This document shows, one piece after another, positions 8,049 through 18,728 of a DNA stretch of 37,867 nt. Source of the DNA: Actinomycetota bacterium. GTDB taxonomy: Bacteria; Actinomycetota; Acidimicrobiia; Acidimicrobiales; Ilumatobacteraceae. The notes beneath the pieces were generated by a model. That model worked only from the letters and a program-made list of their open reading frames with translations, was not told the DNA's origin and searched no databases. Every line of letters begins with the position of its first letter. The stretch's first letter is position 1. Made by a program: the position numbers and the translations under genes. The stretch lies in the NCBI GenBank assembly GCA_039795205.1, contig JBDKEO010000035.1, positions 1 to 37,867 of the forward strand, given 5' to 3'.

Positions 8049-9280
8049 ACGCCGATTCGCTGATCCTCGACATCGATCGCTCTCCTACATCCAGTCACGT
8101 CGTCGCACTCTGGGCCGAGCGGCTAATGGAGCGAGTCTTTCTCGAGGCAAAGGACATCCTCTCGCTCTCACCCACGGCCGGATTTTTTCGCCGTTCTGGG
8201 CTCCTCGTGGCCTGGCGAAACATGGACTCATTCGGTGACCATGGAGTGCGAATCATCGGCGCCCACACAGACTCACCCGGCCTACATCTGAAGCCCAATC
8301 CGAATCGCTCGACGCAGCATCACGGACAGCTCTCGGTAGAGGTCTACGGGTCGCCCATCCTGTCGAGTTGGTTCGATCGTGATCTCGGACTTGCTGGAAC
8401 CGTGGTGGGGCGCGATCGGATCGAACGTCTCATCCACATCGACCATCCGATTGCGCGTTTGCCTCACTTGGCGATCCACCTCGATCGGGAACTGAACGAT
8501 CGTGGCCATGTCATCGACCGTCATCGCCATCTCAGTCCCGTGTGGTCAGTCGAACCGGCGGATGTCACCAACCTGATGGCCGATGCAGCAGGTCTCGCCG
8601 TAGTCGACATCGATGCCATGTCGGTGCAGCTCGTCGATGTCCAACGCGGAACTCGACTGGGTAGGAATTCGGAGTTCATCTCGTCTCCCCGACTCGACAA
8701 TCAGATCTCCTGTTGGGCGGCGATGCATGCCCTCCTTGCGCAGGTGGCGGATCAGCCGAGCATGGTCGTGTTGTTCGATCATGAGGAGGTGGGTTCGTCG
8801 TCTAAAGATGGTGCTGCCTCTGTCATCGTCGAACAGATCCTCGAATCGCTGGCCTATGCCGCAGGTGGATCGAGGAAGGACTACCTGAACGGCGTGAGCC
8901 GTTCGATGTTGCTTTCCATGGACAACAGCCACGGTGTCCATCCGAATCATCCCGAGAAGCACGATCTGGACAACGCTCCCACCATCGGCGGCGGAGTCGC
9001 GGTGAAGATCAACGTCAACCAGCGTTACGCGACCTCACCTCGGTCGCTCCCCGTGGCAGCAGAAGCAGCACGGCGGGCAGGCATCACATTGCAGAGATTC
9101 TCCTCGCGCAACGATGTTGGTTGTGGTTCCACGATCGGTCCGATCGCCGCAACCCGGCTTGGTATCGACACGGTCGATGTCGGTGTGCCGCAGTGGTCGA
9201 TGCATTCGATTCGTGAATTGGTGCATGCGAACGACGTGGAGTCGCTGGCGAGGCTTGCGGCTGCTTATTTGAGTCGCTGA
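8045..9280 (+). CDS. M18-family aminopeptidase (aspartyl aminopeptidase-like)
   Basis: The ORF is open from 7937. The GTG at 8045 gives 411 aa and a GTGA overlap with the upstream gene. Contains GAHTDSPGLHLKPNP, FDHEEVGS and a PQWSMHS-type C-terminal motif typical of M18. Confidence 0.85.
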   Translation: MNADSLILDIDRSPTSSHVVALWAERLMERVFLEAKDILSLSPTAGFFRRSGLLVAWRNMDSFGDHGVRIIGAHTDSPGLHLKPNPNRSTQHHGQLSVEVYGSPILSSWFDRDLGLAGTVVGRDRIERLIHIDHPIARLPHLAIHLDRELNDRGHVIDRHRHLSPVWSVEPADVTNLMADAAGLAVVDIDAMSVQLVDVQRGTRLGRNSEFISSPRLDNQISCWAAMHALLAQVADQPSMVVLFDHEEVGSSSKDGAASVIVEQILESLAYAAGGSRKDYLNGVSRSMLLSMDNSHGVHPNHPEKHDLDNAPTIGGGVAVKINVNQRYATSPRSLPVAAEAARRAGITLQRFSSRNDVGCGSTIGPIAATRLGIDTVDVGVPQWSMHSIRELVHANDVESLARLAAAYLSR

Positions 9281-9957
9281 GATACTCGGCGGTTGGCCTC
9301 GTCGAGGAGCGACTGCAACTCGCCTTGTAGTCGCCCTGTCAACATGGCCATCTCGTCTCGCGACTGGCGCCCGTTCGACGAGTAACCAATCGGTCGGCCG
9401 ACGATGACCGTGCAGCGCCACTTGGCCATCTGTTTCAGGGACTTGGGGAACGAAATCTCGGTACCCGAGATGGCCACGGGAACGATCTGTACTTCCGCCT
9501 TGGCGGCCACGAACGCGGCACCGTCGAACAATTCGGCGATCACCGGGCCTTCGTGCCGAGTTCCCTCCGGAAAGAGCACCAAGGGTTCACCGTTCTTCAG
9601 AACGCCGATGCAACGCTTGAGCGCCTCCAAGTCGGCCGAACCGCGCGTAACTGGGAACCCACCGAGCGCACTCAGAAAACGTCCGAAGACGGGAACCTTC
9701 CACAACGCGTCCTTACCCATGAACCGCAGACGCCGCGACGTCACGCCTGCGGCGACCGGAATGTCGAGAAGGGATCGATGCGTAGGCGCAACGATGAACG
9801 ATCCCGACCGGGGAACGTGTTCGAGACCGATGTATTCGACACGGAGCAACGAGCGAGCGAGGAAAACGACGAGCCCCTTGACAAATCGGTAGAACGCACG
9901 TGCAGCGAATCCGTCTCCTGCGAGTTTGCTCGTTACTTCAGCCACAGCGCTCTCCAA
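9265..9957 (-). CDS. plsC: 1-acyl-sn-glycerol-3-phosphate acyltransferase family protein
   Basis: 230 aa. Has the HxxxxD acyltransferase motif (APTHRSLLD) and LFPEGTR. Its 3' end overlaps the convergent M18 gene by 16 nt. Confidence 0.8.
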   Translation of the reverse strand: MESAVAEVTSKLAGDGFAARAFYRFVKGLVVFLARSLLRVEYIGLEHVPRSGSFIVAPTHRSLLDIPVAAGVTSRRLRFMGKDALWKVPVFGRFLSALGGFPVTRGSADLEALKRCIGVLKNGEPLVLFPEGTRHEGPVIAELFDGAAFVAAKAEVQIVPVAISGTEISFPKSLKQMAKWRCTVIVGRPIGYSSNGRQSRDEMAMLTGRLQGELQSLLDEANRRVSQRLK

Positions 9958-10579
9958 AGAGACTGACCATTTCGTTCAAGACTTCATCGATGGTCCGACC
10001 CGTCGTATCGATCACGACGGCGTCATCGGCAGGTTTCAGCGGGCCGTCCTCGCGTGACATGTCGCGCTCGTCTCGCATGGTGATCGCTGCTTCCACTTCG
10101 TCGAGATTCCCCCCAGATTGTTCGACTCGTCGCCGTGCTCGTTCATGTGAACTGGCAGTCAGGAAGACCTTGAGACAGGCCTCAGGGAACACGACGGTCG
10201 CGATGTCGCGACCCTCCACCACGCCTCCGCCGATGCGATTGGCCCACTCCCGTTGCAACACCCTGAGACGTTGCCGAACACCGGGCAGCGATGCCACCAC
10301 GCTCACCCCCGCGGTCACCTCCTTGGATCGGATACGAGTGGTCACGTCCAGATCATTGATCGTGACGGTGGTCTTGCCGACGAAGATCCGCGACTCGTCG
10401 AGGAGCGCTGACATCTTCTCGTCGCTCGCTAGTTCGACTCCCATGTCTTGTGCCAGCAGGGTGATCGCCCGGTACATCGCTCCCGTATCGAGATACATCA
10501 GCCCGATTCTCTCGGCCAACAGGCGGGCGATCGTGGACTTACCAGCGCCTGCTGGGCCGTCGATGGCGACGATACGCAT
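9938..10579 (-). CDS. cmk: Cytidylate kinase
   Basis: ATG at 10579 gives MRIVAIDGPAGAGKSTIARLLAERIGLMYLDTGAMYRA, a classic Cmk N-terminus. The ORF extends to a TTG at 10591. Confidence 0.9.
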   Translation of the reverse strand: MRIVAIDGPAGAGKSTIARLLAERIGLMYLDTGAMYRAITLLAQDMGVELASDEKMSALLDESRIFVGKTTVTINDLDVTTRIRSKEVTAGVSVVASLPGVRQRLRVLQREWANRIGGGVVEGRDIATVVFPEACLKVFLTASSHERARRRVEQSGGNLDEVEAAITMRDERDMSREDGPLKPADDAVVIDTTGRTIDEVLNEMVSLFGERCG

Positions 10580-10584
10580 GTCGC

Positions 10585-13039
<2,455 letters not shown>

Positions 13040-13985
13040 CTTCTGATCGCGTTCTGCAACGCCACATCACGTCCATCGTGGTGATCACGACTCCCATGCT
13101 GATGGCGATGTGAATCGCCACCAGCTGAGCAGGAACACCACTGAAGTACTGCAGATAACCCACGAACATCTGGGCGAGAAAGACGCCGAGCATCACCTCG
13201 ATCGGACGTCGCAGCACACGCCACGCTGAAAATGATTTCCAAATCCCGTACAGGAGCAGGCCGGCCGTGATCCAGGCAAGGACGCCATGAATTTGCACCG
13301 TCGAACGAAGGTCCAAGTCGAATCGTGGAGCGTTCTCATCGCCGGCGTGAGGCCCTGTCGCCGTCACCACCGTGCCTGCGACGATGGTGGCGATGGTGGA
13401 GAGCATCAGTGCGCCACCCCATCGCGATGCACCCGACAGGCCAGCAGTTTCCTCTTCCCGACCCGCTAGGCGCTTCGCTTCGTTCAACAACCATCGCGAC
13501 ATCGCAACGAGAACGACTGACACCAGGAAATGGAGCATGTTGCTCGATGGGTGAAGTCCGGTGAGGACCACGATTCCCCCGATGACGACCTGAGCGAGCA
13601 CGCCGATTACGAGCCCGATTGACAGCACCACGAGTCGTCTACTGCGAGGCCGCATCAGGAGCGAGGTCCCGAGGGCCAGAATCACCGACAGGGCCACCAG
13701 GCCTGTGAAGAGTCGGTTGACCTGCTCTATCGCGGCATGGCCCGAGGAGACATCGATGAAGCGCTCCTCGTTGCATTCTGGCCAGTCGACACAGCCCAGG
13801 CCCGAGCCAGTGAGACGCACCACCGAGCCCGTGATGACGATGGCCACGAGCATGATCAGCGCGAATCTGGCGATCCAGACGTAACGGCTCGGGGTCACCA
13901 CCACGGCAGAGCACCGTAGTTCTCACCACCCCGAGGGGAACCGTCGTCCCCACCACGAGTGCCATCTGGGCCGACTCGGGCGTGT

Positions 13986-14006
13986 TTCACCACTGAGAGT
14001 GGTGAA
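13986..14006. promoter_or_regulatory. Perfect 9-bp inverted repeat TTCACCACT-gag-AGTGGTGAA in the ctaA / M23-peptidase divergent spacer (operator or leader hairpin)
   Basis: Read directly from the sequence. It is followed by CTCAACATTTTTGG on the + strand. Further CACCAC copies lie at 13896-13904, 13924-13929 and 13951-13956. Confidence 0.35.
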
Positions 14007-14095
14007 CTCAACATTTTTGGTCACTTTTCTCTCAAGATGCCCTGTTCCCGGGCCGATCCCTTCAGCGGATCTCACACCAAGCCAGGGAGCACATC

Positions 14096-15421
14096 ATGAA
14101 GTCAGTAGTTCGCAAGGCCGTCATCGCCGGAGTCATTTCCTGCATCGGACTCAACGTAGTAGTGGAGGGCACTTCGGCAGCCACGGTGCAAGCCGTCCAG
14201 CCACAACTTCCTCGCTTGGGCGACACCAGCCCCGACGTCACGCGTCTCCAGCAGGCCATCGTTGCACGCGGTTTCACCCTCCGCGGCGGCATCACCGGCA
14301 GCTTCAACGAGGCCACTCGATCAGCGCTCCGCAACCTGCAAAAGGTGGCCGGTTTCCGTCCCACGGGTCGTGTCGATGCGCGTACTGCGAAGTTCCTCGG
14401 TCTTGGCACCATCGTGGTGCCCGCCAAGCAGGCTCCTGCAGCAACCGTCGTCCAAGCCGCAGTGACCGTCGCAACACCATCTGTTCCGATGTTCAAGGTC
14501 GGCGACCGTGGTGAGACGGTTCGTCAAATTCAGCAGGCGATGCTTCGTGATGGAATTGGTTTGCGGGGCGGTGCCGATGGCGTGTTCGGTCAGGGCACCC
14601 GTGCCGCTGTAGGCGAGTTCCAGAAGCGCCGCGGACTTCCCATCACGGGTGATGTCGACCAAGCAACGATGAGCGCGATCACGGCAATGGCCCCCGCAGC
14701 AGCACCTGCACCAGCTCCCGTGGTTGCGGCGCCGGCGCCGGCCGCAGGGATCACCTTGGCGAACCTTCCTCGCCGGGGCGAAACGAGCGAGAACGTTCGC
14801 GCAGTGCAGAACGCGCTGATTGCCAACGGTGTGCAGGTCAAGGGTGGCGCCGATGGCGTGTTCGGTGCCGCCACCACGATCTCGATCACCGCATTTCAGC
14901 AGTCACGCGGACTCAACGCCTCTGGTGCGTTGGATGCACCTACTGCCGCCGCCCTCGGTCTGATTCCCTCACTCGAGCAACTCGGACTCCCCCAGATGCG
15001 CGTCTTCCCGATGCAGGGTCGATGCTCGTTCGTCGACTCGTGGGGTGAGCCCCGTAGCGGCGGTCGCACGCACGAGGGCACCGACGTGATCGGCGCACGC
15101 GGCCTCGCGATCTATGCAGTCATGGACGGCGTGATCACGCGCACCTACAGCGGCCTCGCTCTTGGTGGAAACGCCATCCGCCTGACGATCGCCGATGGCA
15201 CGTACTTCTACTACTCACACCTGGATTCCTTCGCGCCAGGGATTGCCAACGGCACCCCAGTGCGCGCGGGACAGATCATCGGCTACAACGGTTCAACTGG
15301 TAACGCTGGTTCGCCCCACCTGCACTTCGAGATCCATCCCCAAGGTGGAGCAGCGATCAATCCTTTCCCGCTGCTCAAAGCAATCGACGGCTGCGCCAAC
15401 GAGGCGGTGCTCCCGCAGTAA
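14096..15421 (+). CDS. Secreted peptidoglycan-binding (3x PG_binding_1) M23 metallopeptidase
   Basis: 441 aa. GGGAG lies 8 nt before the ATG and there is a signal peptide. Three repeats of G(D/E)xxxxVxxxQxxL...GxxGxFGxxTxxAVxxFQ are followed by a C-terminal M23 domain with HEGTD and SPHLHFEIH. Confidence 0.85.
   Translation: MKSVVRKAVIAGVISCIGLNVVVEGTSAATVQAVQPQLPRLGDTSPDVTRLQQAIVARGFTLRGGITGSFNEATRSALRNLQKVAGFRPTGRVDARTAKFLGLGTIVVPAKQAPAATVVQAAVTVATPSVPMFKVGDRGETVRQIQQAMLRDGIGLRGGADGVFGQGTRAAVGEFQKRRGLPITGDVDQATMSAITAMAPAAAPAPAPVVAAPAPAAGITLANLPRRGETSENVRAVQNALIANGVQVKGGADGVFGAATTISITAFQQSRGLNASGALDAPTAAALGLIPSLEQLGLPQMRVFPMQGRCSFVDSWGEPRSGGRTHEGTDVIGARGLAIYAVMDGVITRTYSGLALGGNAIRLTIADGTYFYYSHLDSFAPGIANGTPVRAGQIIGYNGSTGNAGSPHLHFEIHPQGGAAINPFPLLKAIDGCANEAVLPQ
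14207..14962 (+). repeat. Three tandem PG_binding_1 domain repeats inside the M23 peptidase gene, with a Pro/Ala linker at about 14684-14746
   Basis: Protein-level repeats are at residues ~38-103, ~131-195 and ~224-289. The linker reads APAAAPAPAPVVAAPAPAA. Confidence 0.7.
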
Positions 15422-15433
15422 GCCAGTCGAGTG

Positions 15434-15474
15434 ATGGGGGCGGCACAGGTGTGAGATCCTGGTGTCGCCCCCAT
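15434..15474. terminator. Strong hairpin between convergent genes (candidate bidirectional terminator)
   Basis: ATGGGGGCG (15434-15442) pairs perfectly with CGCCCCCAT (15466-15474). Further inner pairing is possible around an 8-nt loop. It is followed on the + strand by CTCCATTTCT. This is the only convergent junction in the window with a real spacer. Confidence 0.5.
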
Positions 15475-15504
15475 CTCCATTTCTGGAGACTGCGAGTGCT
15501 GATC

Positions 15505-16182
15505 TCAGCGAGTACGGATTTCAGTTGGCAGGTGCTCCACGTCACTGAGATTGATCAGACTGAACGTGTACCCATCGCCCAACTTCATCGCCTTGATCGT
15601 CGTCACCGAAGCATGTCCGATGACGAAGCGTTCCCACTCCCAAGGCGTCGGTTGCAGACCCAGGAGATGGCAAATGATCACACTGTTGGTGCCGGCGTGG
15701 GCAACGAATACGAACGATTCGCCAGGGTTGTCGATGTGCCAGAGCGGCAATGGCGAATCCATGCGATGCACACCGCGAGAAGCGAGAAACTGCTCCGCAC
15801 CTGCATGGATGCGGTTGACGAAGTCTCGAACAGGTTCCCCTCCGTGTAGGCCGTGCCAACGATCCTCTGCGTTCCGCGCCATTTCGTCGCGATAGGCCTT
15901 GATCGTCGTCTCAGCCGGCTCACCGTGCCAGGCAGGCTCACGAATCTCCTCCAACCACGGCTCGATGATCAAGTCACGTCCATGGGCTTCCAGTGTCGGC
16001 GCCGCAGTCTGATGGGTGCGAATGAGTGGGGAGGCAAAAATGTGATCGAACCGAGCATCGGCCATTCTCTTTCCGAGTAGCGCTGCTTGGTCCAGTCCTC
16101 GATCGGTGAGCGGTGGATCGACCACGGCCTTGCCATCCTTGATCCATTCCGGTTCGGCGTGACGTATCAGTGTGAATTCCAT
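15505..16182 (-). CDS. Histidine phosphatase (phosphoglycerate mutase-like) family protein
   Basis: 225 aa. N-terminal MEFTLIRHAEPEW carries the RH(G/A) catalytic motif. A downstream SPLIRTHQTA and a late His region are also present. Confidence 0.8.
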   Translation of the reverse strand: MEFTLIRHAEPEWIKDGKAVVDPPLTDRGLDQAALLGKRMADARFDHIFASPLIRTHQTAAPTLEAHGRDLIIEPWLEEIREPAWHGEPAETTIKAYRDEMARNAEDRWHGLHGGEPVRDFVNRIHAGAEQFLASRGVHRMDSPLPLWHIDNPGESFVFVAHAGTNSVIICHLLGLQPTPWEWERFVIGHASVTTIKAMKLGDGYTFSLINLSDVEHLPTEIRTR

Positions 16183-16194
16183 GACTATGCGAGA

Positions 16195-16941
16195 CTAATC
16201 GCCCGCTCCCGCCGAGGTCGTGCTCGTTGACGGACTCTCGATGCACTCACTCAACGCGCGATCGATCATTGCCTCGAGCACGGAGTCGTCCGTGGATCCT
16301 GACTCCAATGCAGCATTCGAGACCGAACGACCGATGCACTCTGCTTGTGCGTCATCGATGACAATTTCTCGACCGGCAACCAACAGGTACCCGTACGCCG
16401 TAAGCGCTGACGGCTCATCTTCGACCACGAACGGGTACTCCTCAGTCTCGTCAGGGGTTTGGATCGGTGTCGGGAGGGACGTGCCATCCCCCATGGCCGG
16501 TGGAATCGGCGACTCCAGATCGGCATTGCATCGTTCCGCCACGAACCGATCGAGTCGCTGAAACGCGCGAATGACATCCGATCTGCGCAAACCCGACAAG
16601 GCATTGATCGTTGCCGCATCGTTCACTGCGAGTTTCCCGTCGAAATCAACGTTGATCAATGCAACACGTACTTCTCTGTATGCGCGATCGAGCGCGAGTA
16701 GAGAGTCCGCGATCTCAGAAGGTGGACTCTCGAGCAAGGAATTCAGTGTGTCGATCAGCACCGATAGCGAACTTTCCAGAACCGCCGAGTCGACCTGTGC
16801 GAGATCTTCGAAGGCCACCGCGATCGCGACGGTGCTGGAGTCGAGTTCCGGCATGAGCCGACAAACCTGACCGGTTGAATCGAGTGGAGCACATGCGGCC
16901 GACGCCAACACGAGCGAAATCAGGACAATCTTGAGCTTCAT
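16195..16941 (-). CDS. Secreted protein or putative lipoprotein, hypothetical
   Basis: ATG at 16941 overlaps the stop of the upstream ABC gene (ATGA). The signal sequence MKLKIVLISLVLASAACAP has a relaxed lipobox Cys. No family recognised. Confidence 0.6.
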   Translation of the reverse strand: MKLKIVLISLVLASAACAPLDSTGQVCRLMPELDSSTVAIAVAFEDLAQVDSAVLESSLSVLIDTLNSLLESPPSEIADSLLALDRAYREVRVALINVDFDGKLAVNDAATINALSGLRRSDVIRAFQRLDRFVAERCNADLESPIPPAMGDGTSLPTPIQTPDETEEYPFVVEDEPSALTAYGYLLVAGREIVIDDAQAECIGRSVSNAALESGSTDDSVLEAMIDRALSECIESPSTSTTSAGAGD

Positions 16942-18728
16942 TTCCCTTGCACCGTCGTCGAGGCCAGCCACGCCTCATGAAGCGTCCAATACTCCGGAGA
17001 GGTTTCGAGAAGTTCGGAATGGCTCCCTTCAGCGATGATCTGGCCCTGATTCATCAAGACGACCCGATCGGCTCGACTCGCAGTCGACAAACGGTGGGCG
17101 ACGGAGATGGTCGTCCTTCCTGCAGAGAGCGCCTCCAGGGCTCTCCCCAACTGTTGCTCAGTGACCGGGTCCACTGAAGACGTTGCCTCATCCAAGATCA
17201 GGACATCGGGACTCGTGATTGCGGCGCGCACGAGCGCAACCAACTGCCGCTCCCCTGCGCTCAGTGATGAGCCACGTTGTCCTACCTCCGAATCGAGGCC
17301 CTGAGGAAGTGAGTCGAGCCACTCTCCCAAGCCAAGCCGAACGAACGCAGTGCGCATCTCGTCTCGTGTTGCGTGGGGGGCAGCAAATTGCAGATTTTCT
17401 TCGATGGTTGCAGAAAACAGAAAAGGTTCTTGGGGAACGATCACGACGCGAGCGCGAAGTTCATCGTTGGTGACTCGTCGCGCGTCCACTCCTCCAATCA
17501 GTACCGCACCTCCAGACGGGTCGATAAGACGTGCAACCAACCTTCCAAGGGTGCTCTTGCCTGAGCCTGAAGGCCCCACGAGAGCAACGTGCTCACCTGC
17601 TGCAATGTGCAAGGAAACACGGTCGACAGCGGGACGTTCGCCTCGATCATCCACCGTGTCGTAGACGAAACTGACCTTGTCGATGTCGATTGCGATACTG
17701 CCCATCGGAATTGGTTTCGGATCGCGAGGCTCCGGTGGGCCGATCGGTATCTCGAGCACACCGAGTACACGACGAAGACTGGCCACCGCACTTTGTGTCA
17801 TGTCCATCACCTCGGTGAATTCCGCAATGGGCTCGAGCAGCCGGTACGTGAGGAAGACGAAACCAACCAAAGCGCCGGCAGTCAAGCCTCCAGCGGGACC
17901 GATGACCAGTCCAACTCCGACCACCGCGCAGACCGTGAACACGGCGAAAATCTCTCCGAGGGGAAACAGGAACGCACCTACTACTCCCGCACGGATGTTC
18001 GCAGAAGCGCGGGTTCGCGAGGCCGTCACGAGACTTTCGAGTCGCCGATCCACCGCGCCATACGAACGCAATGTTGCCAAACCTGAAAATGACTCCCCCA
18101 AATCGGCATAGAAGTCTGCGTTTCTTTCGCGACTCCGAGAGTGAGCGCGAAGGAGCCTGCCTTGGAGTGCACGGAGCACGAAAGCAAGCGGTGCCGAAAC
18201 CAGCAATGCCACACAGGCGAGACGCCAGTCGTACGCCATCATCACCATGGTCACGACGATGATCTGGGTGGTGTCGAGAAGGAGCGTCAACCCGCCCCAA
18301 GCAAAGAAACGAGTCATTGACTCGATGTCGCTGGTGACCCGCGATACGAGCTCACCCTTCCGTGTCTCGTGATGGTCCTCGATACTCAAACGATGGATGT
18401 GCTCGAAAAGCCGAACACGAAGGAAGTAGAGCCCGTGTTCGGCGCGAACACCGAGACGGGCTGCTGCGGTTCGCAAAGACCATGAGGAACACATGATGAA
18501 TGCCGCGGCGATGGCGGCAGTCACGTAGATGAACGACATGTCCACTTCGCCATCGTCGAAACCTCGGTCGATGACTTGTTGCAGGAGGACGGGTATCGCG
18601 ATTCGCGCGCCCGTTCCCAAGATGGCGAACAGCAAGGTGAGACCGATTCCCTCCGTGAAGGAGGGTGCGGTTCTCATGCCTTTGGTGATGATCTCGAAGG
18701 ATCCGCCGTGTCTCTCGGAATCAACCAT
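16938..18728 (-). CDS. ABC exporter half-transporter (TMD-NBD), consensus ATPase subunit
   Basis: 596 aa with a six-helix TMD followed by an NBD. Walker A GPSGSGKST, Walker B VLILDEATS and H-loop VAHRLS are canonical, but the signature is LSAGERQ. Confidence 0.9.
   Translation of the reverse strand: MVDSERHGGSFEIITKGMRTAPSFTEGIGLTLLFAILGTGARIAIPVLLQQVIDRGFDDGEVDMSFIYVTAAIAAAFIMCSSWSLRTAAARLGVRAEHGLYFLRVRLFEHIHRLSIEDHHETRKGELVSRVTSDIESMTRFFAWGGLTLLLDTTQIIVVTMVMMAYDWRLACVALLVSAPLAFVLRALQGRLLRAHSRSRERNADFYADLGESFSGLATLRSYGAVDRRLESLVTASRTRASANIRAGVVGAFLFPLGEIFAVFTVCAVVGVGLVIGPAGGLTAGALVGFVFLTYRLLEPIAEFTEVMDMTQSAVASLRRVLGVLEIPIGPPEPRDPKPIPMGSIAIDIDKVSFVYDTVDDRGERPAVDRVSLHIAAGEHVALVGPSGSGKSTLGRLVARLIDPSGGAVLIGGVDARRVTNDELRARVVIVPQEPFLFSATIEENLQFAAPHATRDEMRTAFVRLGLGEWLDSLPQGLDSEVGQRGSSLSAGERQLVALVRAAITSPDVLILDEATSSVDPVTEQQLGRALEALSAGRTTISVAHRLSTASRADRVVLMNQGQIIAEGSHSELLETSPEYWTLHEAWLASTTVQGK

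Noticed and set aside
13999-14514. 171-aa + strand ORF overlapping the start of the M23 peptidase gene in another frame
   Set aside because: The translation is Arg/Ser/His/Pro-rich nonsense-like sequence. The overlapping frame encodes a signal peptide and PG-binding repeats and has a good RBS.
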